Shown here in pieces: positions 49,001 to 61,365 of a stretch of DNA of 64,000 bases. The stretch is from Amphiscolops sp. MND2022 (Eukaryota): NCBI GenBank assembly GCA_964187785.1, contig OZ076409.1, forward strand, positions 36,458,001 through 36,522,000, written 5' to 3'. Made by a program: the position numbers and the translations under genes. Every line of letters begins with the position of its first letter. Position 1 is the stretch's first letter. Under the pieces are notes generated by a model that ran no database searches, was not told where the DNA came from, and saw nothing but the letters and a program-made list of their open reading frames with translations.

Positions 49001-50573
49001 GATACATTATTCGGGATACAATATTTCCTTGATGTGTTTTGTTTTGATATGCTCATTGTTTCATTGAAGGAAGTTTGATAAAGTTTAAATTTGAAGTCTT
49101 TTCATCTCAGAGTGGATTAAAAAGGTTTTCGGACTTCGAATAGATAGTTTTTGTAGTACGTCTGGGGTTATTAGGATTTTTTGTTCCAGAACTGAGTCAA
49201 GTTGTATCTTTTTAAGTCTTTGATGCTCGTACAAACCACTTGGGCAAAGGATTTTTCTTTTTTCAAAGTTTTCTTAGTTTAAATGCCAATTTTTGGGCTA
49301 AGAAAATTTCAGCAATTTCATCTGTTACCATAGAAGATACGATGATGATCTTGTGGCGGTAAAAAGCTCCTAAAGGGTCCGAAATATTCTAACAAGTATT
49401 TCTAACTCACCTTTGCTCACTGAAGCTTGTGTTTTTATTATTTCTGCGGTAGCATGAATATCATTGAAACCTCTTAGTAGTTAGTTATATTTGCTTTAGT
49501 CCGAGATTTAAATGCGGTATAAACTGGTACAGTGATTAATTGTGTGCTAAATAATAATGAAACAGGAGTGTATTGGTATTCCAGATATGATTCTATTATT
49601 AATGAAAGGTTAAAGCAGAAATAATAGTGTGCCCCGGAGGGGCCTATTTTGTTAATTTGATTTTCTAGTCCTTAGATTTTATAACCTATGTAGTATAACC
49701 AGTGTGTGACCTCTGTGTAGAGAGAACGTCAAAAGTAGTCATGCTTCTATGTGCAATCCTGTTACTTTTATAGTTTTTTTTTCATTTCGACAGCTTGACA
49801 AACCTAATTTGAAGTATCGGGCTGCTTATCGTTTACAGAGACGTATTCGTCAATTAATAAGGATTCTCTAAGGTGTTTCATTTTTGGCATCCTAAGGTCA
49901 CAAGGATTGTGTAATATGTCTTATTCATCAAGGACCGATTTTAACAACGTTGTTTAACAAGGACTGTCTAATTTTTGTCAGCTAGTTCAACTGATACCTT
50001 CCTTATATGGTTGAAGCAATTCCATAGAAATCTCATTTTTCACATTTACCTGAGCAATCGCTCAGTTGGAAGTGTGTAATTTACTGCAACCTTCTCTCGA
50101 CGAGCTATCAATTGATTCAATTTCCCGATCCAATTATCTTCAATTGATTCTTTCTTCATGTCTAATATGCTTTTCATCAGCCCCGTAATTCAAGCTTCCT
50201 CTTGAAGTCCGAGAAATTTGAACTTTTTCACCTCTGGGTTTTTTGGCACTGACAGTGTGTGATTTTTTTGAGACCTTTTCTTTTCATAGAAGGGTTTTCC
50301 TTCGTTTTTTTAAAAAAATTTTTAGTCAGTTAAAATTCCTTTGCAGCCCAAAATTATGTTTACTGTTTTTTGGCACTTGAAGAAAAAGTTTCGTTTCTTC
50401 AGAAGATCTCCACTTTCTTTTTTTCCAAGCCCAAGGGGGATTTTTTGGCAATGAGATTTTTCAGAATTTTCATAGAAACAGACTTTTAGCATATTTGGAA
50501 GCCGTTTAGCAAAAATCAAGTTGGGGGATTTATTTTTTGGGGGGACTCTATTTTTGAAAGCAATAAAATTTTC

Positions 50574-50657
50574 TGTTTAGTGCGAGACTCAAACCCTCGC
50601 ACTCCGGCTTCCCAGAGCTCAGGAAATCCGCGTTAACCTCTAGGCCAAGTGGCAGTG
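50574..50657 (-). other. tRNA-derived module (Leu/Ser-like A and B boxes) within a Helitron2-type remnant
   Basis: Reverse complement reads ccacttggcctagaggttaacgcg...ggagtgcgagggtttgagtctcgcac. Confidence 0.55.
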
Positions 50658-50770
50658 AGCCGTTTCTACAATACATCTAAGTAGTCGCTAATAGTTATAA
50701 AATTGCTCACCTTACAGAAACCTGTCTGTTCCCTGGTGTAAAAAAAACCACTGCTATAGTCGGTTCGTTG

Positions 50771-52080
50771 AAGTCGGCATTTTAAAATAATAATTATTTA
50801 TAATAAAATAGCCCGACTATTACAGCTACTCGTGTTTACTCGGCGCCTTTTCCTTTAAAGGAAAAAGCCCGACTATTACAGCGAATAGTTTTTTTCGTCA
50901 GACAACAGAATGTATGCGTAGTGGACACTTTTTACAGAGCTACTAAACTACTAGACGGCAACCGGAAACGCATCTTAGTGCAAAGAGCCCCCCTTTCATT
51001 TACTCCATTTTAACGCAAGGTGCAAAACTGGACGAGACTATATGGCCCCTTTGATTTTTTTTCGGCATTGTGCGACTTTTTCCCGAATTTTTTTTGTCTC
51101 CAAAGGGTCCCCCTTCGAGCTTTTTGATAATCTGCAGCAAACTGAAGTTTCAAAAAAGGTAAAGGTTCTCCCCTTTTAAGTTTTTCGACACTATGAGACT
51201 GTTTCAAAATTTTCAAAAGGCTTTTTTAACATTTTTGAAAACTTTGCGTTTTTTGAGCCTTAGATATAGCGCCGAATTCAGATGTTCCCGTTTTGTTATT
51301 ATTTAAGACAGACTCCAATGCGACGAAATTTTTGTTCAGTTTGTTCGAAACGAATACCCGTGGAACGCGTCTAAGTTATTGCAAAGGGTCCCCCTTGTCA
51401 CTTTTCACTTTTTTAACGTAACCTACAAAACCAGACGAGATTAAAAGGCCACCTTTTGATTTTCCTGGCAGTGTGAGACTTTTTTCCAAATATTTTTCAA
51501 TGTCTCCAAAGGGTCCTTCTTCAATTTTTTTAATTTTTAACAAAATGGATATTTGAAAATCCCAAAGAGTCCTCCTTTCACATTTTTGGCACTATGAGAC
51601 TGTTTCAAAATTTTTGTCTTCGTCTGAAAACTGTGACTTTTTTCGAATATTCTAAATGTCTCCTATGCGCCCCTTTAATTTTTTGATATTTTGCACCAAA
51701 ATGGATTTTTTAAAAATTCGAAGAGTGCCCACTTTTGAATCTTTCGGCATTTTGAGACTGTTCAAGGTTCTCATTTTCCGTCTGATATTAGGTTCTGCCA
51801 ATATATATCCACTAATGTTTTTCAATGCTATCAGAATTTTTGACGTAACATCCGAAGGAAAGCGCTATTTTCGATTTTTTGACGTTATATCCGAACTATA
51901 TTGCGTTTAGCATGGAGGAGGCGGAGGTTCGAAGACAAGAGCTTCCGTTTGTTCCAGAACGCTATATCCGTATTTCTGAAACGTTTTCCGAGCACGAAAG
52001 GCACTTTTTTGGTGGTTCGGAACTTTTTGTGAGTTGTTCATAACGTCTTGAGCATATTTCAAAATTTCTTGAGCCTCAAG
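50771..52080 (+). mobile_element. Helitron2-type element with a nested copy (50836-51297)
   Basis: Outer 5' hairpin agtcggcatttt...agcccgact resumes as atttaagacagactc after the inner copy, as in the intact 28937 copy; inner ends are actcggcgcctttt and gccgaattcagatgttcccgttttgtt. Confidence 0.7.
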
Positions 52081-52537
52081 TGCCGCTAAAAATCAAGCGG
52101 GTTAGGTTTGATAGAATGTCGTGCACTGCTGGGAAAGAAGCTAACGAGGATAATGTAGCTTCTCAAATGTGAAATTTTTAGACCAGCATAGAATTTGAAC
52201 CTACCAACTCTTGCTCCAGAGCCACACCTAGAATGACAGCATGGCTAGAGTTATTTGGCATACGTTGTTGAAGGGCATGCCCACAGACGGTGGGCGTTGG
52301 TAACAGTGTGTGACGTCAGCTATTGCCATCATATGTGTGATCTCTGATCCAAATTCAAAACAAAAACAGCTTTAGACTTGATGGCGCTCCTTTACACGCG
52401 GCAAGTGACGGGACATTATAACTTTATAGAATTATTGTTTTTCGTAAAATTCGTCAGTTCGAATGATCTTGAAAAAGTCACTAATATAGTCTGTTTTCTA
52501 GCGAAAACATTTATTAAAAATTGATGTCGAACTGTTT

Positions 52538-53154
52538 TTAGTCGGCGCATTTTAGTAGAAAATGTGCCCGACTCTTACAGTGGGTAGTTTTTTTTACTCG
52601 CGTAAGTTCCACTTTTTTGTTCATTTGTTCAACAACTTGAACTATGGACGTTCAAAACACTCGAACCTCAGAAGCGCGTCCAAAACGAAAAGAAAAAACA
52701 AAACACGTCCAGGACCTCGAAAACACACTAAGGATCCCCCTTAGCCCCACTTTTTTTTCGGCACTATGCGACTTTTTTCGAATTTAAACTGGGAAAACGC
52801 ATCTAAGTTATTGCAAAGGGTCCCCCTTTCAATTTTTACTTTTTAAACTTAACCTACAAAACCAGACGAGACTAAAGGGTCCCCCTTTCAATTTTTTCGG
52901 CGCTGTGACTATTTTTCGAAAAAATATTTTTGTCGTCAAAGGGCCCCACCCCTTCGATTTTATTGAAGTTCCCCCTCGTAATATCCAGAGTGGAGCGCTA
53001 TATCCGAAATTTTGAAGTTATATCCGAACTATATTGCGTTTTTGTAAGGAGGTCCGAAAACAGGAGTTTTTCATGAAAAGGTCCTACGCATATTTCAAAT
53101 CTGCGCTTTTTGAGCCTTAGATATAGCGCCGACTTTAGACGTTCCCGTCTTGTT
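52538..53154 (+). mobile_element. Helitron2-type element
   Basis: 5' ttagtcggcgcattttagtagaaaatgtgcccgact, 3' agcgccgactttagacgttcccgtcttgtt. Confidence 0.85.
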
Positions 53155-53329
53155 ATTTTCCGCCCATATTTCATATGGGAAAGGAAAATATTTAAATCGA
53201 ACGGTTTTTTTTTTACAAAATTTGCCAAGAATTTATTTATATCAAAGCTAAAGGGTTTCACCCATAGAATACAGCTCACATAAATTTAGCTTCGTGCGAA
53301 TTGTATTTGTGGAGATTTCCGGACTTTTT

Positions 53330-55370
53330 TAGTTGACCCCAAGGACCCCAGAATGACCCCAAAATAACTTAAAAATGACCCCAAAAAAAGAAAATTTGCA
53401 TTTTTTTACGTTTTAATGCAATTTTTGTCGAGTTTCCGATAAATGTCGTGGATTAGAGTGTTGAAAAGATTCACAAAGACAAAAACTCGTTGTCCAGTAG
53501 TCGTTTATGAAGAGATAAATGCGGTTTTTTGGAAAGAAAAAGACCCAAAAATGACAAAGAAAACCGAAAATTTCCAGATTTTCAACGTTTTTAAGCAGTT
53601 TTTGTCAAATTTTCGATAGAATTCGTGGACTAGAATGTTGAAAATGATCAACATGGTACAAGGTTTGTTGTCCAGTAGGCGTTTCCGAAAAGATAATGGC
53701 TTTTTTTTACTGAAAAAAGTCTCAAATTGACACCGAAAATGACAAAAGTCCCTAAATTTTCCATTTTTCAAAGTTTCTACGCATTTCTCGTCAAATTTTG
53801 GAGACTTCGTGGATTGGAATGTTTTAAGGGGTCAACTGTCTAAATGAAAATGTCTCAAATTGACACCGAAATTGACAAAAAACACAAAATTTTCTAACTT
53901 TCAAAGTAAAGTTTTATGCCTTTTTTGTTAGAGTTTCACAGACATCGTGAATTGGAATGTTTTGAAGGGTCAACAATGAAAAAATTGGTACGTCCCGTAG
54001 TCTTTAATGAAGACAATTGCAATATTCTGATTGAAAATGTCTCAAATTGACACCGAAATTGACAAAAAACACCAAATTTTCCAACTTTCAAAGTAAAGTT
54101 TTATGCATTTTTTGTTAAGGTTTCACAGACTTCGTGGATTGGAATGTTTTGAAGGGTCAACACTGAAACAATTGGTACGTCCCGTAGTCTTTAATGAAGA
54201 CATAATTGCAATATTCTGATTGAAAATGTCTCAAATTGACACCGAAAATGACAAAAATTCCAAAAATTTCCAATTTTCAAAGATTTCATGCATTTTTCCA
54301 AATTTTTGACAGACAGACTTCGCCAATTGGAACGTTGAAAAGAGTCAACAAGGAAAAAAAGTGTGGTCTAGTATGCTTAGAAAAGAGATAAATACAGTTT
54401 TTCAATAGGAAATTGCCCGGAATCGAGATCGAAAAAGACAAAATTTCGAAAAATTATCAAATTCTTTTTTCCACTTTTTGTCAAAATATCGATAGACTTC
54501 GTGGACTACAGTGTTTAAACGCTTAAGGCGTGGGCAAACTTGTTGTTTCGGTGAGCCTTGGAAAACTGAATATTTTGGAAAAACTGAAAATTTTCAAGTT
54601 TTTTTTACGATTTCAGGCAGTTTTTTGTTGTTTTTTTGACCTACTTCCTTGCATAAAATGGTTTTAAACACTCAACACTAACTAATCCGGGTTTCTCCAG
54701 TAGGCACTTTTCAAGAGATAGCTGCATTTTTTGTTGGAATTGGTCTCAAAAACACTCAAAAATCCATGAAACAACAAAAAAGCACAAGGTTTGACAAACT
54801 AATCCCATTTTTGTTCAAGCCATGAAAGTTTTTAAGGAAGTGAAATTTCAATGACCTCAGCGTTTAAACAATAAGGTATTCAAAACGCAATTGTGGGAAA
54901 AATGGGCATGAAGTTCACCGAGTTTACAGCAAAGATGTCAAAGTTTCCGAACTTTCTTTGTTTTCGACAATATAGTCCCAATTTTGGACACTTTCCTAAA
55001 ACTTACTTCAATCAGAAATATCATAGGCTCAGGATTGAAACGTCTAGCTACCGGTAGTGTTCCGAAAAGATATCAGACTAGTTTATTTGCACAACTTTCA
55101 AATACTTTACTTGAAAACGTAAATTTCAACCTCATTTGGCCAATATTTGTTATTCAAAAACCTCCAAGCAAATTCACTAGATATGGAGTACATCTTCCTA
55201 AGAAAGATGTTTCGAGCTACTCGTGGGTTAGAATGGTGTAAACATTCAACAACAGCTAAACTCGGTGTCCAGTAGGCTTTTTTTTGAGGAGACATCTGTA
55301 GATTCTTGTTCGAAAAGTTCCTCAAATTGACCCTAAAGTTGTCAAAACTATTTGCAATTTTTGACACTTC
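53330..55370. repeat. Diverged satellite-like tandem array, unit about 175-187 bp
   Basis: tcgtgga(t/c)t(g/a)gaatgtt...tcaac recurs near 53446, 53623, 53807, 53946, 54132, 54320, 54499 and 55221; gtctcaaattgacaccgaaa also recurs. Confidence 0.85.
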
Positions 55371-58300
55371 TGGTGAAACAATTTACAATAATATAACAAA
55401 CCGGGTTCGCTCAACTTTCCTAAATTTGAAACAGACCTAATTTCAAGCTTTTACCATTTTCCCTTTTACCATTTATGGCGAAACTAGTTTCAGCTCGCGA
55501 AACTGCTTTTCTCAAGCCGAAATGTGCTATGAAAGCAAGGGGTACATTTTGACCAAATGAAAGTTTCGGAAAGAGGTACAGAGTCGAAAAAAACTTGAAT
55601 GAGGTATTTCCCACAATCAAGAAGAAAACTCATCAGTTCCACGTGATCAAAAGTAACAAAGAGGTCACCCTCAAGACTCGGGAAACTTGTTTCCTTTACA
55701 GAAAAACTCGAAAACTAAAAATTTTGAAAATTGTTTTTAAAAAGTTATTTTCAAAAAATTTATTGAAAACTTTCTTTTCTCTCGGTAAGTCGCATAGTGC
55801 CGAAAAAACGAAAAGTGGCCAGCTCTCTGAAATGATAAATTAGGGGTTTCCTTCAAAATGGGGTACGATGAATCAAAGTTTTCTTTTCTTCGAACTTATT
55901 GGCATTTTTATAGTGCATTGGCTTATTCTTGAGCCTCAAACTTATGTAGTTGTAGAACAGTTCGGGGCGGAAAATATCCCGCTGCTCAGCGGGCGTCTTG
56001 TTTGTTGTTCCATTGAGTTTTTCTTGTTCCAAGCACTCAGTTGTATAATGAGTAATTTTCATGTATCAGGAATGTGTCATCTTTTCATCTGCAATAAGAA
56101 AGACCATAAAATGTTCAAACCAAAAAATTTCGAAGGTTGCTTTAAAACCAATAAAAGTTCTTGTAGTGGAAGCTTACGATAATACCATGTGAGCAACTGA
56201 ACTGCTTTTTTCTGAATTGTTATTTTCCCCATTTATTCTCATGAGATCATAATGGACTGGGAACCGATAATTTTTGTTTCTGGTTTTGAATTTTTGACAG
56301 CACTTTTTTCCACAGGCGGGACGCTGGGACGTTTTGCTGGAGCTTAACATTTGACGGTAAGTATAGCGTAATGTCAGAAATATACATTTGTATTTTTGCC
56401 GGTAATGAATTTACAACTGCCGGAGTGCTTAGTTTTGAGAACTCGTAAAGAAATTAACTTTCCCATTTATACATTGTGACATCGTCAGAGAACGCCAGAA
56501 TGTTCGGTATGGTATTCTTATCAAAGAGATCAACTATTTTCATTGTCTACCGGTGTTTCTGCGCGATAGTGTTCATAACGTCTTTTTGGTTTTGTTTTCT
56601 CCCAACGCGGGCATCATTCATAAAGTTTTCGCTCTCAAATGTCTTGCCATGGTTTGATTCCTTTTTATCAAGAATTTTAAAATCTTGAAAATTCTCGCGC
56701 GAATTAGACACAAAATTTGAAAGTAATTTAGTCTACGCTTACTCAAATGATTCCATACGGATCTCAAGAGTTACTATTCATTCTTATAGGAATGACAGCT
56801 TTTTCTGAAATGATTTCAAAATTGACTATGATCATTTTTCTATATACTTTATATAATTGGCCTTTCAGTATCGAACACAGAGAGCTTTGAAATAATTTTT
56901 AGCGGCATTTTGGAATTTATCGATTCAGTGACTGATTTATATTTCCTCTGCGGAGTGAATGATAATTTTAATGAAGGCGTTTCTTGAAAAATACTCCCTG
57001 AGACACTGTTCACCTTTTTACCGGACTTTTCGAAGTGACATTTTTATTGGCTCGAAGATTGCAGATGTTTGAGAAAGATTCCCATAGAAGTGCATATGTT
57101 CATTGAGTCCGCACAAAATCAAAATTTATGTAAGAGAAAACTTCACCAAGATGTTTGAGAATAGGAACATGAGTTGGATTTCATGTATTTCAGCGAATCA
57201 ATCCGTACAAATAAGATACTGTGATTAAGAAATCATCCTTTCACTAAACTGCAGATTTCAACATTTCGGAGCGGATTTAATATTTTTATCAAAAAGCATC
57301 AGGAAAAAGTTTAATTGTGTTCAAGGGTAATATTATGATAATACATGTATTAAGATGAAGTTGCATCATCATTATTTGGCGAAGTATAAATAAGGTTTCT
57401 GCGAATACAAACAGTGACTTCGTAAGATTTGCTACTAACTATGGGGTCAAACTTCACAGTGTGATAGCGAAACAAAACCCAAAACTTTTCGAAACGATTG
57501 TGAATGTGTAAAATATTGGAGATTCGATAGAATTTCGAAATCAATTTCGCTGAAAAATTGGGTGTCTCTAACTTCCCGGATTTCCCTCACAAAATCTTCA
57601 GAAAATCATTTTTGTAAACCACATGCAACCTGTTTTGCCACTGATTGTTTTGGGGTATAGTTTTGATGAGTAAACAAAGAAACACCCGAATTTTGTACTT
57701 GCTACAACCCCCCAACTACCCCAATCTCAGAAATCCTTATAATAATCAAATCTATAGGCAATTTTCTACCATGAACACAGAAAAACTGTCAGACCAGTTC
57801 AGTCTGCGCTGAGAATGCACCAACAAATTTGAACGTGAGACCAAATAGACATTGATAAATTGTTCTCCTATGAACTGAGCGTCGTAATTAATCAATCACA
57901 GTTCTTCATCTATATAATTTGCTATCCTATAAAAAGTAAGATCGATGTTGTATAAAGGACTCGCGATTTTTCGAACTTTTCTTGACCAGAATAAAAGAAA
58001 TTTGTGGAAAATATTTCTGGGTAAGCTGGAAAACTGTTAAAATAGTGAAATATACACTCTATCATCAGCCAGGGAAACGTTTTTTTTTCGCTGAGAGCTT
58101 CGCATTAAATAGAAATGCAAAAAAAAAAACATTTTGCCAAAGACTCTTTGAACTCGAAAAACGCTTTTTTGGAAGGTTAAATACTTTTCGGGAAATGAAG
58201 CACTCGAAATTGTTTCTGAAGTACTCGAAAACCAAATCGCGAATTGCGAACCAAATCAAGTGATAGTTTTAATGTATGGAATGTTATTGACCAACTTAGG

Positions 58301-58431
58301 CAATAGCAGTTTCAAACCAACACAAATGTTAAGTATATTAATTTTGAGGCTTATTTTTTTGAGGCTTTTTTCTTGATAATAAATAATTATAAAGCAATGA
58401 GCTGAAAAACTTGAGTGTTAGAAACGTTATA

Positions 58432-58605
58432 CATTGGATTCCGGATATAATCAATGTCAGGAGAACGACTAGTGGTGTTTCTTTTAATCTATTTTTATTA
58501 TATGGAGGTTTAAAAAGAAATTTAATTGGCAACCGGGGCCAAGATACGTATCGACTATTGGCGGATATTTCATATAAGTGAGTTTCTTATATCCGGTATC
58601 CAGTG
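58432..58605. mobile_element. pogo/Tigger-like MITE
   Basis: TA|cattggattccggatataa ... ttatatccggtatccagtg|TA; TIRs match at 17 of 19 positions. Confidence 0.8.
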
Positions 58606-60394
58606 TAATAACATAGAGATTCCATTCTTTTATTACAAGACTGCATTTTTGTTTTCAAAATGCATGCGTGCTCCCTTTCAATTATTCAAACAACTTAGTT
58701 GTAAATCGTAGCTTCGTGTTGATCCCAGGCTATTTTTGGGTTTGGATTGTCCTGGTAGAGACAGCCTTGTACTTTCCCTGACGACGTTCATAAAGTCAAG
58801 ATTCATGTAATCGCGAGGAATTGTGTTAAATCTAATTTTTCGGGATGTAAAAGTTAGTAAAATGTCTAAGATAGAATGGTAAAAAATTCGCCTCTAACTT
58901 GAAAGCAAGTTTCGATTTCAAGTAATTCGATTTTTATAGGCAAATCACCATTCAATTCTCTGTGATAGTTCATTGTAAAATGTAAACCGAATCAACTAGT
59001 CATTAATGATAACGTGATTTGTCAAAAAAACAAAAAAATGATATGTTTGAAACAGCAACTGATTTCTATGCTGATCTTGAAGCTTTTATTCCAGATGAAC
59101 CCAAGTAGACTTGACCGGCTTTTATCTTCTTTCTCTTTAGCTTGTTCCCTATCAGGTATAGGGATGAGCTGGAAATCAATGAAGCTCTGGCTTCTGTTTT
59201 TGCTTCACTGGAACAATTTTTGGGGAATTCTGGATTTCTGTCAAATCAGTGTATGAAAACAGCTGTTTTCTGTACTTCATAAAATTTACAACATTGTAAC
59301 AAAAATTGGAAGAAAAAGATTCTTTCTGATAACGTTTGTAACATTTATCCAATTTTGTCATTCATCCATCCTTTGGTAGATTTGACCTCATTTCGTGTCT
59401 TACTCGTAATCATTGACTTTCGATCTTCAAGTTAATTTAATCAATAATTGACTTGGATTCAGTAGAAAAGCCAAACATCCAGGGACTGTCAATTCAATTA
59501 ACTTGAAATCACAGTGCATTTTCGTGCTTCCTTTCTGCTGCTATTCATTGGCGCCGATGCTGTTCAAAGATTGAGACGTTTTGACAGTGAATCCCCTAGT
59601 CTGACATAAGACCTTTGGGGTTGCCTGTGATACCAATTTTCCAATTATTTGACATCACAGACCAACTTGACCGCGTCTAATCCGATTTGACCCCTTCACA
59701 TCAGCGTCTAATAACATCCTCCTCTCGTGTTTCTCGCTTGGCAGCAGATATAATAATTAGAAGCTTAGAATTGAGGAGAGTAAACTTGATTTCGTTCAGT
59801 GGTTTTTGTGAATATAAACCATGATTACATGGAAGTGAATAATTGCGCGAAGGATTTCATGCATATTGACCTCGGCAAGCACTTTCGATTTTCCCCTCTC
59901 TTCTAATATCGACTTCCACAATTTAGCAGAGAGCAGGCAAAAGTTGCTAAGATCATTAAAGGCCAGTACATGCTGTTTTTTTCACGAGAGTTGCTTAATT
60001 AGTGCTTAAGCAGAGCTATAATGAGATATCTCCTTTTGTTTAGCTTGGACCCGTTTTTCGCATTTTTTTCGTAATGATGGAACCAAATTAAGAGTCTCTT
60101 GAACATGTTACTAAGATGGCATGTGGACAATTTATCTCAAGCTATAAAAGGTGTGACCGTTTCATCGTTCTAGATTTGAATCAAATTTGTCCCCAGTATT
60201 TTAATGGGAATCATCGGGTGACTCGGGGTCATTTCTAAATGTTGCTTTGTGTATTTTGTGTTCTTGGTTGTACTAGGGATGCTTGTACCTTCAACGTTTG
60301 TTGATAAAAAAGGACCAGAAATCATCCTGTCTTGGTTTCGCTGCACTGGCAGTTGTTCTTTCGTTACGAACAGTTTTGAAGAGTTCTTTCTTTT

Positions 60395-60486
60395 GACAGT
60401 TTTTGAGAAATTTGAAATTTTCATGAAAGGTCGGGAGAACAAAAAAAACGACACGATTGCATAAGTAGTCGAAAATTTTTTCCGAC
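60395..60486 (+). repeat. Fragment of Helitron2 subfamily 2
   Basis: Reverse complement of ~20054-20143 (tcggaaaaaattttcg...gcaatcgtgtcgttttttt...aaactgtc). Confidence 0.7.
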
Positions 60487-60911
60487 TCCTGAAAATTTAT
60501 CTCTTTTTGGTCGAATTGACTATTTTTGAATGATTTGAAAACATTGACTCAAAGTATTTTGAGCTAAAGTCAAATATATATTACTCGCCATGCAATTATC
60601 ATGAAAGTTTTCATCATTAGTCATAAAAGTGTTCATACGTCAAATCATGAAAAAATCGAATTAAAATAATACTGTTTGGTTGCTTCCAGTTCAACGGGAC
60701 TTTCTCATCATTCATACGTTCCACGGAAGCTGATTTGAATCACATGAATTTCTCTACAATACCCATGTAGACGAATGCCAATTTTCAAAGTTTGACGAAA
60801 AGCTATAAATTTTTCTGCAAGTTTTCAAAGCAATTGGTGTATACGCAAATGTTTTAGATACTCTCGGATGTTGATAGGGTATATCGACTTGTAACTGACG
60901 ACTGACCGTTT

Positions 60912-61365
60912 TTAGTCGGCGCTTCATGAAGTGAAACGCGACTATACTAGCGGCTTTTTTCAATCCACGCGAACTGACCAAAATAGTTCTGAAAAGTTCT
61001 AAGATACTTTAAGATATCAAATTGTACCATTTGGCCCAAGGAACTTGACCAAAAGAGCTGTTTCTTTTTTCAGCGCAACATACAATACCGGGCGAGACTA
61101 AAGGGTCCCCGTCCAGTTTTTTTCGGCGTTGTGAGACTTTTTTCGAAATTTTTAATCACTTCAAAGGGTCACTCCTTCAATTTTTTTTTGATATTTTGCG
61201 ACAGAAATTTTGAAAAATCCGAAAAGGCCCCCCTTTTAGCGCGCCAATTCGGTCCAACTTTTGGGTTTTTCGGGTACTGTAGAAGATAATACTTGACACT
61301 TTGAAGTCCTTTTGCTATTTTTGAGCCTTAGATATGGCGCCGACTTATGCCGTTCCCGTCTTGTT
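60912..61365 (+). mobile_element. Helitron2-type element
   Basis: 5' ttagtcggcgcttcatgaagtgaaacgcgact, 3' ggcgccgacttatgccgttcccgtcttgtt. Confidence 0.85.

Larger units (their letters stand above)
45415..50219. repeat. Recent head-to-tail tandem duplication, unit about 2405 bp
   Basis: Copy 1 45415-47813, copy 2 47820-50219. ORFs 46026..46322 and 48431..48727 are offset by 2405. By eye there are roughly 15-20 differences. Confidence 0.97.
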
